Of a DNA stretch of 15,159 nt, positions 8,550 to 15,159 are shown piece after piece (within the stretch, counting starts at the first letter, position 1; each line of letters starts with the position of its first letter). The position numbers and the translations under genes are program-made. The notes beneath the pieces are model-generated. The model had not been told where the DNA came from and searched no databases. It saw nothing but the letters and a program-made list of their open reading frames with translations. Where the stretch lies: IMG/VR virus record IMGVR_UViG_2711768072_000011. The stretch is one strand, 5' to 3'. The DNA is from a virus (Duplodnaviria; Heunggongvirae; Uroviricota; Caudoviricetes).

Positions 8550-8908
8550 ATACCTACAGCATCACATTACCCTGGCCTCCGAGCAATAATCGCTATTACC
8601 GCCATAATCGCGGGCGCACGCACATCAGCGCAGAGGGGCAGGCATACCGCGATAACGTCGCCCGAATCATTAAAAACGCAATGCTGGATATCGGCCTGGC
8701 TATGCCTGTGAAAATCCGCATTGAGTGCCACATGCCGGATCGCCGTCGCCGTGACCTGGATAATCTGCAAAAAGCCGCTTTTGACGCACTCACTAAAGCA
8801 GGTTTCTGGCTGGATGATGCTCAGGTCGTTGATTACCGCGTTGTGAAGATGCCCGTTACCAAAGGTGGGAGGCTGGAACTGACCATCACCGAAATGGGGA
8901 ATGAATGA
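8546..8908 (+). CDS. rusA: RusA Holliday-junction resolvase, 120 aa, GTG start
   Basis: Translation [103 protein letters not shown]... matches RusA. Confidence 0.9.
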   Translation: MNTYSITLPWPPSNNRYYRHNRGRTHISAEGQAYRDNVARIIKNAMLDIGLAMPVKIRIECHMPDRRRRDLDNLQKAAFDALTKAGFWLDDAQVVDYRVVKMPVTKGGRLELTITEMGNE

Positions 8909-9045
8909 TGTTTGAGTTTTATATGGCAGAACTTCTTCGCCACCGCTGGGGGCATCTGCGCTTATATCGTTTCCCCGGTTCTGTTTTGACCGATTACCGA
9001 ATACTGAAGAATTACGCCAAAACCCTGACAGGAGCAGGAGTATGA
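8905..9045 (+). CDS. ylcG: Small protein YlcG-like, 46 aa
   Basis: ATG overlaps the rusA stop. Encodes [46 protein letters not shown], preceded by GGGGA. Position as in DLP12. Confidence 0.5.
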   Translation: MMFEFYMAELLRHRWGHLRLYRFPGSVLTDYRILKNYAKTLTGAGV

Positions 9046-9130
9046 AGTCAGAGATAACAATCAACTAATACTGTTTTGTTGATTTTTGCTTGTGATTGGC
9101 GTTCTGGTCTGATTTTTGTGGAGTAAGTTG

Positions 9131-9514
9131 ATGCGTGATATTCAGATGGTTCTTGAGCGTTGGGGAGCGTGGGCGGCTAATAATCATGAAGATGTGACCT
9201 GGTCGTCCATTGCCGCCGGTTTTAAGGGATTAATTCCTTCAAAAGTAAAATCTCGCCCGCAATGTTGTGACGATGACGCGATGATCATTTGCGGGTGCAT
9301 GGCCCGTCTGAAAAAGAACAACAGCGATTTGCACGATTTATTAGTAGATTATTATGTAGTCGGTATGACATTCATGTCACTGGCAGGTAAGCATTGCTGC
9401 TCTGATGGTTATATCGGGAAAAGGTTACAGAAGGCTGAGGGCATAATTGAAGGGATGTTAATGGCATTAGATATCCGGTTAGAGATGGATATCGTTGTTA
9501 ATAACTCTAATTAA
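9131..9514 (+). CDS. quuD: Late-gene antiterminator Q (phage 82/21-type), 127 aa
   Basis: Translation [36 protein letters not shown]... fits the Q82-family antiterminator QuuD. GGAG lies 8 nt upstream of the ATG at 9131; the upstream ATG at 9116 is a less likely start. Confidence 0.8.
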   Translation: MRDIQMVLERWGAWAANNHEDVTWSSIAAGFKGLIPSKVKSRPQCCDDDAMIICGCMARLKKNNSDLHDLLVDYYVVGMTFMSLAGKHCCSDGYIGKRLQKAEGIIEGMLMALDIRLEMDIVVNNSN

Positions 9515-9539
9515 TATGCCAATTGTTTACTAAAAATTA

Positions 9540-9566
9540 TTAAAAATGGGGCGTTGAGACGCCCCC
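9540..9566 (-). terminator. Putative intrinsic terminator acting on the minus strand (candidate nmpC terminator)
   Basis: Hairpin GGGGCGT/ACGCCCC (9548-9565) with a 4-nt loop. On the minus strand it is followed by a T-rich run (complement of CTAAAAATTATTAAAAAT). Confidence 0.45.
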
Positions 9567-9654
9567 AAAAATAAAGGGTAATATATAACAGAAGGTTTAT
9601 ATAGTTAGAAGCAAGGTTGTGCTTCTAAAGGAAGTGGCTTGAGGGAGCCACTTA

Positions 9655-9695
9655 TATGTTGGGGAGGCAACGCCTCCCGCAACATATCTTTTTCG
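9655..9695 (+). terminator. Putative plus-strand intrinsic terminator downstream of Q (tR'-like), within the late promoter-proximal region
   Basis: GC-rich hairpin GGGAGGC-AAC-GCCTCCC (9662-9678), extended by ATGTTG/CAACAT arms, followed by ATCTTTTTCG. It lies just past the nmpC stop, so it may also act bidirectionally. Confidence 0.55.
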
Positions 9696-9703
9696 TAATC
9701 AGA

Positions 9704-10801
9704 TTAGAACTGGTAAACCAGACCTACAGCAACGATGTCATCAGTGCTTACACCGAGTGCTTTAGTGAAGTCATTTTTGTCAAGCAGGTTGATTTTGTAA
9801 TCAACGAAAGTAGACATATTTTTGTTGAAGTAATAGGTTGCACCTACATCAACATATTTGACTAAGTCCTGATCGCCCCATACTCCAAGATCTTTACCTT
9901 TAGATTGCAGGTAAGCAACGGACGGACGCAGACCGAAATCGAACTGATATTGTGCAACAGCTTCGAAGTTTTGGGCTTTATTAGCAACGAAGTGATCAGC
10001 AAATACAGTCATATTCTGGGTTTCAGAATAGGTAGTGGCCAGGTAAATGTTGTTAGCGTCATATTTCAGACCTGCGGCCCAAACTTCTGCATTTTTACCG
10101 GAAGCAAATACTTCAGGAAGAACTTTCCCTGCATTAACTTGAGTGTCGGTACGATCAGATTTCGCATAAGTTGCACCGATACCGAATCCTTCGTATTCAT
10201 AGGTAGCAGAGAAACCGAAGCCATCACCGTTACCTTCAGTGTAGTTATCGAAATCGCTACGATCGTTTTTGCCTTGGTACTGAGCAGCAAAGTTCAGACC
10301 ATCAACCAGACCAAAGAAGTCGTTGTTACGATAGGTTGCAACACCAGTGGTGCGACCAGTCATGAACACATCTGTTTGGGTCCAGGTATCGCCACCGAAT
10401 TCTGGCAGAACGTCAGTCCACGCACCGATGTCGTATGCTACACCGTAGTTACGGCCGTAATCGATTGAGCCGTAGTCACCGAATTTCAGGCCTGCAAATG
10501 CAAGACGGGTTTTGTCTTTGGAGGAACCTTGAGATTCAGCGCGGTTGCCTTTGAATTCATATTCCCACTGACCGAAACCAGTCAGTTGATCGTTGATTTG
10601 GGTTTCACCTTTGAAGCCAAGACGGGCATAAGTAGTATCACCATCATCTGCATCATTAGAGGAGAAGTAGTGCTTGGCATTAACTTTCCCGTACAGATCC
10701 AGCTTGTTACTGTCTTTATTATAAATTTCAGCTGCCTGAGCAGACATCGCCATCAGTACTGATGCAGCTACAGCAGAAATTGCCACTGTTAATTTTTTCA
10801 T
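9704..10801 (-). CDS. nmpC: OmpC/PhoE-family general porin (NmpC / Lc-type), 365 aa, apparently intact
   Basis: Signal peptide [23 protein letters not shown] followed by porin motifs, ending in the C-terminal ...VGLVYQF beta-signal. Full-length ORF with no IS interruption, located antisense between Q and the lysis genes. Confidence 0.9.
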   Translation of the reverse strand: MKKLTVAISAVAASVLMAMSAQAAEIYNKDSNKLDLYGKVNAKHYFSSNDADDGDTTYARLGFKGETQINDQLTGFGQWEYEFKGNRAESQGSSKDKTRLAFAGLKFGDYGSIDYGRNYGVAYDIGAWTDVLPEFGGDTWTQTDVFMTGRTTGVATYRNNDFFGLVDGLNFAAQYQGKNDRSDFDNYTEGNGDGFGFSATYEYEGFGIGATYAKSDRTDTQVNAGKVLPEVFASGKNAEVWAAGLKYDANNIYLATTYSETQNMTVFADHFVANKAQNFEAVAQYQFDFGLRPSVAYLQSKGKDLGVWGDQDLVKYVDVGATYYFNKNMSTFVDYKINLLDKNDFTKALGVSTDDIVAVGLVYQF

Positions 10802-11389
10802 CGTGAGCCCTTTTTTTTGAACTATTATTAAAAAATGATGTCACTGCGCGATAAATATTCATCTAATCAATGTGATTATTTCAAGATGTAAGTTTTGGTT
10901 TCTCGTTTGATTTGTGAAGTAGATCTCTATTTTTATCTGAACTTTTTTCTATCGAATCCTATTCATAGCTCTTGGCTGAATAAAAATAAATCTATTAGCC
11001 AATTTATATTAACGGCTGTTATTTATAAGTGCTCTATAATTTGAAGGTTCAATTTAAATCGGCTAAAAATAACACTGGAAATTATTTGTTGGTTATTTGT
11101 TGAGGTTTTCTTATGTATTTGTGGTGGTGTTTTGAACACTCGGTAGCATTCTCATAAATATCATTCAGTGGTTTACGTACGTAAAAAATTGGTTATGCTG
11201 TTAAGAGTGGTTACTTCGTCACACAGCTTAACCCGCCGTCGAGCTGGTTTTTCCATTTTTTGAGTCTCGATATTAGCTGATAACTCAATACCTGAGTTAT
11301 TCACTGACTCCGAGTCTGTTACGTTTCTGCTTTTTTGCGATACGTTGTATTCCCTCAATTTACACCCGCTTTGTCTGCGAGGTGGGGTT

Positions 11390-11605
11390 ATGAAATCCAT
11401 GGATAAGTTAACAACGGGTGTCGCCTATGGCACCTCAGCAGGTAGTGCCGGTTACTGGTTTTTACAGCTGCTCGATAAAGTCACGCCCTCACAGTGGGCA
11501 GCAATAGGTGTGCTGGGTAGCCTGGTATTTGGCCTGCTGACGTACCTGACAAACCTTTATTTCAAGATTAAAGAAGATAAGCGCAAGGCTGCGAGAGGTG
11601 AATAA
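11390..11605 (+). CDS. essD: Phage-21 S-type pinholin, 71 aa, with dual-start motif
   Basis: Translation [71 protein letters not shown]. The Met1-Lys-Ser-Met4 start is the S21 holin/antiholin dual-start arrangement. It sits directly upstream of the endolysin. Confidence 0.85.
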
Positions 11606-12102
11606 TGCCTCCATCATTACGAAAAGCCGTTGCTGCTGCTATTGGTGGCGGAGCAATTGCTATAGCATCAGTGTTAATTACTGGCCCAAGTGGTAACGAT
11701 GGTCTGGAAGGTGTCAGCTACATACCATACAAAGATATTGTTGGTGTATGGACTGTATGTCACGGGCATACAGGAAAAGACATCATGCTCGGTAAAACGT
11801 ATACCAAAGCAGAATGCAAAGCCCTCCTGAATAAAGACCTTGCCACGGTCGCCAGACAAATTAACCCGTACATCAAAGTCGATATACCGGAAACAATGCG
11901 CGGCGCTCTTTACTCATTCGTTTACAACGTGGGTGCTGGCAATTTCAGAACATCGACGCTTCTTCGCAAAATAAACCAGGGCGATATCAAAGGCGCATGT
12001 GATCAGCTACGTCGCTGGACATATGCTGGCGGTAAGCAATGGAAAGGTCTCATGACTCGTCGTGAGATTGAGCGTGAAATCTGTTTGTGGGGTCAGCAAT
12101 GA
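11605..12102 (+). CDS. rrrD: SAR endolysin (T4-lysozyme-like, phage 21 R-type), 165 aa
   Basis: N-terminal Gly/Ala-rich signal-anchor-release segment ([16 protein letters not shown]), and residues E35, D44, T50 in the positions of the R21 catalytic triad. Confidence 0.9.
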   Translation: MPPSLRKAVAAAIGGGAIAIASVLITGPSGNDGLEGVSYIPYKDIVGVWTVCHGHTGKDIMLGKTYTKAECKALLNKDLATVARQINPYIKVDIPETMRGALYSFVYNVGAGNFRTSTLLRKINQGDIKGACDQLRRWTYAGGKQWKGLMTRREIEREICLWGQQ

Positions 12103-12560
12103 ACAGAGTAACCGCGATTATCTCCGCTCTGGTTATCTGCATCATCGTCGGCCTGTCATGGGCTGTTAATCATTACCGTGATAACGCCATTACCTACAAA
12201 GCCCAGCGCGACAAAAATGCCAGAGAACTGAAGCTGGCGAACGCGGCAATTACTGACATGCAGATGCGTCAGCGTGATGTTGCTGCGCTCGATGCAAAAT
12301 ACACGAAGGAGTTAGCTGATGCGAAAGCTGAAAATGATGCTCTGCGTGATGATGTTGCCGCTGGTCGTCGTCGGTTGCACATCAAAGCAGTCTGTCAGTC
12401 AGTGCGTGAAGCCACCACCGCCTCCGGCGTGGATAATGCAGCCTCCCCCCGACTGGCAGACACCGCTGAACGGGATTATTTCACCCTCAGAGAGAGGCTG
12501 ATCACTATGCAAAAACAACTGGAAGGAACCCAGAAGTATATTAATGAGCAATGCAGATAG
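12099..12560 (+). CDS. rzpD: Rz inner-membrane spanin (i-spanin), 153 aa
   Basis: ATG overlaps the endolysin stop (ATGA). N-terminal transmembrane segment, then a coiled-coil-rich periplasmic region. Position after the endolysin. Confidence 0.85.
   Translation: MNRVTAIISALVICIIVGLSWAVNHYRDNAITYKAQRDKNARELKLANAAITDMQMRQRDVAALDAKYTKELADAKAENDALRDDVAAGRRRLHIKAVCQSVREATTASGVDNAASPRLADTAERDYFTLRERLITMQKQLEGTQKYINEQCR
12319..12501 (+). CDS. rzoD: Rz1 outer-membrane lipoprotein spanin (o-spanin), 60 aa, embedded in the +1 frame of Rz
   Basis: Translation [24 protein letters not shown]... has a lipobox (VVGC) and a proline run (PPPPP). Entirely contained within rzpD in a different frame, the classic Rz/Rz1 arrangement. 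Confidence 0.8.
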   Translation: MRKLKMMLCVMMLPLVVVGCTSKQSVSQCVKPPPPPAWIMQPPPDWQTPLNGIISPSERG

Positions 12561-12591
12561 AGCTGCCCATATCGATGGGCAACTCATGCAA

Positions 12592-12885
12592 TTATTGTGA
12601 GCAATACACACGCGCTTCCAGCGGAGTATAAATGCCTAAAGTAATAAAACCGAGCAATCCATTTACGAATGTTTGCTGGGTTTCTGTTTTAACAACATTT
12701 TCTGCGCCGCCACAAATTTTGGCTGCATCAACAGTTTTCTCCTGTCCAATTCCCGAAACGAAGAAGTGATGGGTGATGGTTTCCTTTGGTGTTACTGCTG
12801 TCGGTTTGTTTCCAACAGTAAACGTCTGTTGAGCACATCCTGTAATAAGCATTGCCAGAGCGGCAGAAAACAACATTTTTTTCAT
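12592..12885 (-). CDS. borD: Bor-family outer-membrane lipoprotein, 97 aa
   Basis: From the Met at 12885: MKKMLFSAALAMLITGCAQQ..., with lipobox LITGC. Matches lambda Bor/DLP12 BorD. Antisense to the late operon. Confidence 0.85.
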   Translation of the reverse strand: MKKMLFSAALAMLITGCAQQTFTVGNKPTAVTPKETITHHFFVSGIGQEKTVDAAKICGGAENVVKTETQQTFVNGLLGFITLGIYTPLEARVYCSQ

Positions 12886-13247
12886 CTTATTATCCTGCAT
12901 TGTTAAAAACGGCAGAATCCTATGTGACAACAATTAAACGATAGTTAAATGGATTGATGAAAATTAAAACTATATAGGTGTACGCTCAGACTATTGGAGG
13001 AAGTTGGGGACACTCAGAATCCTGTGGAATGAAATAAACCGGTCTATCCGTCTATTACCCTTTTAGCTGCGCTGTATCGTCGCCGTATTCCCGCATTAAC
13101 CATGACCGTAGCCCGACGGGGAATTCCTTCTGCGTGAGTGTGCGGGAATAATCAAAAACGATGCACACCGGGTTTTACTGTGCTGACAGACGCAGGGTTA
13201 CCCTCATAGTCGCTTTTCCGGTGCGATGGTGGAAGAAACCGGGATGT

Positions 13248-13442
13248 TCATCCATCATCACTCTGGATTGATGTATATGCTCTCTTTTCTGACGTTAGTC
13301 TCCGACGGCAGGCTTCAATGACCCAGGCTGAGAAATTCCCGGACCCTTTTTGCTCAAGAGCGATGTTAATTTGTTCAATCATTTGGTTAGGAAAGCGGAT
13401 GTTGCGGGTTGTTGTTCTGCGGGTTTTGTTCTTCGTTGACAT
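13248..13442 (-). CDS. Small ribbon-helix-helix-like protein, 64 aa (YlcI/DUF3950-like; the last gene before cos in lambda-type genomes)
   Basis: Translation MSTKNKTRRTTTRNIRFPNQMIEQINIALEQKGSGNFSAWVIEACRRRLTSEKRAYTSIQSDDG. A basic N-terminus followed by a beta-strand/helix pattern resembles RHH (Arc/CopG-like) DNA-binding proteins. Family assignment is from memory. Confidence 0.5.
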   Translation of the reverse strand: MSTKNKTRRTTTRNIRFPNQMIEQINIALEQKGSGNFSAWVIEACRRRLTSEKRAYTSIQSDDG

Positions 13443-13589
13443 GAGGTTGCCCCGTATTCAGTGTCGCTGATTTGTATTGTCTGAAGTTGTTTTTACGTTA
13501 AGTTGATGCAGATCAATTAATACGATACCTGCGTCATAATTGATTATTTGACGTGGTTTGATGGCGTAGATGCACGTTGTGACATATAG

Positions 13590-13830
13590 ATGATAATTAT
13601 TATCATTTTGCGGGTCCTTTCCGGCGATCCGACAGGTTACGGGGCGGCGACCTCTCGGGTTTTCGCTATTTATGAAAATTTTCCGGTTTAAGGCATTTCC
13701 GTTCTTCTTCGTTGTAACTTAATGTTTTTATTTAAAATACCCCCTGAAAAGAAAGGAAACGACAGGTGCTGAAAACGGGCTTTTTGGCCTCTGTCGTTTC
13801 CTTTCTCTGTTTTTGTCCGTGGAATGAACA
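13590..13830 (+). other. Lambda-type cos site (cosQ-cosN-cosB); predicted 12-nt cohesive end GGGCGGCGACCT at 13642-13653
   Basis: Sequence ...GATAATTATTATCATTTTGCGGGTCCTTTCCGGCGATCCGACAGGTTACGGGGCGGCGACCTCTCGGGTTTTCGCTATTTATGAAAATTTTCCGG... is nearly identical to the lambda right-end/left-end junction as I recall it, immediately upstream of the Nu1 homologue. Confidence 0.8.
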
Positions 13831-14376
13831 ATGGAAGTCAACAAAAAGCAGCTGGCTGACATTTTCGGTGCGAGTATCCGTACCATTCAGAACTGGCAGG
13901 AACAGGGAATGCCCGTTCTGCGAGGCGGTGGCAAGGGTAATGAGGTGCTTTATGACTCTGCCGCCGTTATAAGATGGTATGCCGAAAGGGATGCTGAAAT
14001 TGAGAACGAAAAGCTGCGCCGGGAAGTTGAAGAACTGCGGCAGGCCAGCGAGGCAGATCTCCAGCCAGGGACTATTGAGTACGAACGCCATCGACTTACG
14101 CGTGCGCAGGCCGACGCACAGGAGCTGAAAAATGCCAGAGACTCCGCTGAAGTGGTGGAAACCGCATTCTGTACTTTCGTGCTGTCGCGGATCGCAGGTG
14201 AAATTGCCAGTATTCTCGACGGGATCCCCCTGTCGGTGCAGCGGCGTTTTCCGGAACTGGAAAACCGACATGTTGATTTCCTGAAACGGGATATCATCAA
14301 AGCCATGAACAAAGCAGCCGCGCTGGATGAACTGATACCGGGGTTGCTGAGTGAATATATCGAACAGTCAGGTTAA
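13831..14376 (+). CDS. nohD: Terminase small subunit (lambda Nu1 homologue), 181 aa
   Basis: Translation MEVNKKQLADIFGASIRTIQNWQEQGMPVLRGGGKGNEVLYDSAAVIRWYAERDAEIENEKLRREVEELRQ... is essentially lambda gpNu1 (winged-helix N-terminus). Follows cos. Confidence 0.9.
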   Translation: MEVNKKQLADIFGASIRTIQNWQEQGMPVLRGGGKGNEVLYDSAAVIRWYAERDAEIENEKLRREVEELRQASEADLQPGTIEYERHRLTRAQADAQELKNARDSAEVVETAFCTFVLSRIAGEIASILDGIPLSVQRRFPELENRHVDFLKRDIIKAMNKAAALDELIPGLLSEYIEQSG

Positions 14377-15159
14377 CAGGCTGCGGCATTTTGTCCGCGC
14401 CGGGCTTCGCTCACTGTTCAGGCCGGAGCCACAGACCGCCGTTGAATGGGCGGATGCCAATTACTATCTCCCGAAAGAATCCGCATACCAGGAAGGGCGC
14501 TGGGAAACACTGCCCTTTCAGCGGGCCATCATGAATGCGATGGGCAGCGACTACATCCGTGAGGTGAATGTGGTGAAGTCTGCCCGTGTCGGTTATTCCA
14601 AAATGCTGTTGGGTGTTTATGCCTACTTCATAGAGCATAAGCAGCGCAACACCCTTATCTGGTTGCCGACGGATGGTGATGCCGAGAACTTTATGAAAAC
14701 CCACGTTGAGCCGACTATTCGTGATATTCCGTCGCTGCTGGCGCTGGCCCCGTGGTATGGCAAAAAGCACCGGGATAACACGCTCACCATGAAGCGTTTC
14801 ACAAAGCGTATTGAAGGCTCGGTCTGGCCAAAGTCCATCCGTGGCTCCACGCCCAAAGTGAGAGGCACCTGTCAGATTGAGCGTGCAGCCAGTGAATCCC
14901 CGCATTTTATGCGTTTTCATGTTGCCTGCCCGCACTGCGGGGAGGAGCAGTACCTTAAATTTGGCGATAAAGAGACGCCGTTTGGCCTCAAATGGACGCC
15001 GGATGATCCCTCCAGCGTGTTTTATCTCTGCGAACATAATGCCTGCGTCATCCGCCAGCAGGAGCTGGACTTCACTGATGCCCGTTATATCTGCGAAAAG
15101 ACCGGGATCTGGACCCGTGATGGCATTCTCTGGTTTTCGTCATCCGGTGAAGAGATTGA
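14351..15159 (+). CDS. Terminase large subunit (lambda gpA-like), 5' part; the frame stays open to the window edge but appears to carry a ~47-codon in-frame deletion
   Basis: GTG start overlaps the Nu1 3' end. Translation MNISNSQVNRLRHFVRAGLRSLFRPEPQTAVEWADANYYLPKESAYQEGRWETLPFQRAIMNAMGSDYIREVNVVKSARVGYS... matches gpA including the Walker A-like KSARVGYS. After ...TLTMKRFT the sequence jumps to KRIEGSVWPKSIRGSTPKVRG..., skipping the segment that in lambda gpA (from memory) contains the Walker B/E179 region. No stop codon in frame within the window; not listed in the ORF track because it runs off the end. Confidence 0.75.
   Translation, partial: MNISNSQVNRLRHFVRAGLRSLFRPEPQTAVEWADANYYLPKESAYQEGRWETLPFQRAIMNAMGSDYIREVNVVKSARVGYSKMLLGVYAYFIEHKQRNTLIWLPTDGDAENFMKTHVEPTIRDIPSLLALAPWYGKKHRDNTLTMKRFTKRIEGSVWPKSIRGSTPKVRGTCQIERAASESPHFMRFHVACPHCGEEQYLKFGDKETPFGLKWTPDDPSSVFYLCEHNACVIRQQELDFTDARYICEKTGIWTRDGILWFSSSGEEI

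Noticed and set aside
8066-9064. Minus-strand ORFs of 128, 112, 165 and 65 aa
   Set aside because: All are antisense to the ninE/ybcO/rusA/ylcG block, which has clear homologues and translational coupling on the plus strand.
9046-9130. Short duplicated motif GATTTTTG upstream of quuD as a regulatory repeat
   Set aside because: Only two short copies in an AT-rich spacer; too weak to call without transcript or binding data.
9905-10468. 187-aa plus-strand ORF
   Set aside because: Entirely inside the porin gene nmpC on the opposite strand; the porin translation is far more convincing.
11173-11400. 75-aa minus-strand ORF in the nmpC-essD intergenic region
   Set aside because: Overlaps the essD start in the divergent promoter region; no ribosome-binding site or recognisable features. 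Probably a chance ORF.
11345-11605. 86-aa version of the holin ORF starting at 11345
   Set aside because: The upstream extension ([15 protein letters not shown]) precedes the canonical MKSM dual-start motif of S21 pinholins; the 71-aa form from 11390 matches the known family length.
13732-14271. 179-aa and 120-aa minus-strand ORFs overlapping Nu1
   Set aside because: Antisense to the well-supported Nu1 homologue and crossing the cos region; no ribosome-binding site or recognisable protein features.
14411-15037. 208-aa minus-strand ORF
   Set aside because: Lies antisense within the terminase A coding region, which has a strong lambda gpA match on the plus strand; typical spurious antisense ORF in GC-rich coding DNA.
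1-15159. CRISPR array, tRNA/tmRNA or rRNA genes
   Set aside because: No regularly spaced direct repeats and no cloverleaf-like or rRNA-like segments seen on manual inspection. A tRNAscan/Infernal run would be needed to be certain, but nothing suggests them.

Overview
This window reads as a defective lambdoid prophage of the E. coli DLP12 type, a mosaic with lambda-like arms and phage 21/82-like late control and lysis genes. From left to right: (1) leftward-transcribed early genes on the minus strand (small b-region ORFs including a TraR-like zinc finger, then exo and bet, and a 3' remnant of gam); (2) a deletion scar where gam is fused to an internal point of an IS2 copy whose right end abuts an internal point of emrE, so the immunity/replication region expected between gam and the nin region is absent; (3) an AT-rich cargo island encoding a large serine recombinase (ybcK), a PEBP-family periplasmic protein (ybcL) and an AraC-family regulator (ybcM); (4) nin-region recombination genes (ybcN, ninE, ybcO, rusA, ylcG); (5) a Q-type antiterminator (quuD) with a hairpin-rich region downstream; (6) an intact antisense porin gene (nmpC); (7) a phage-21-type lysis cassette (pinholin essD, SAR endolysin rrrD, Rz/Rz1 with Rz1 embedded in Rz) plus bor on the opposite strand; (8) a lambda-like cos site, Nu1 homologue, and the start of terminase gene A, which appears to carry an in-frame deletion over the Walker B region. 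I found no rRNA, tRNA or CRISPR array. All homology statements come from reading the translations and from memory of the lambda/DLP12 proteins; no database search was run.
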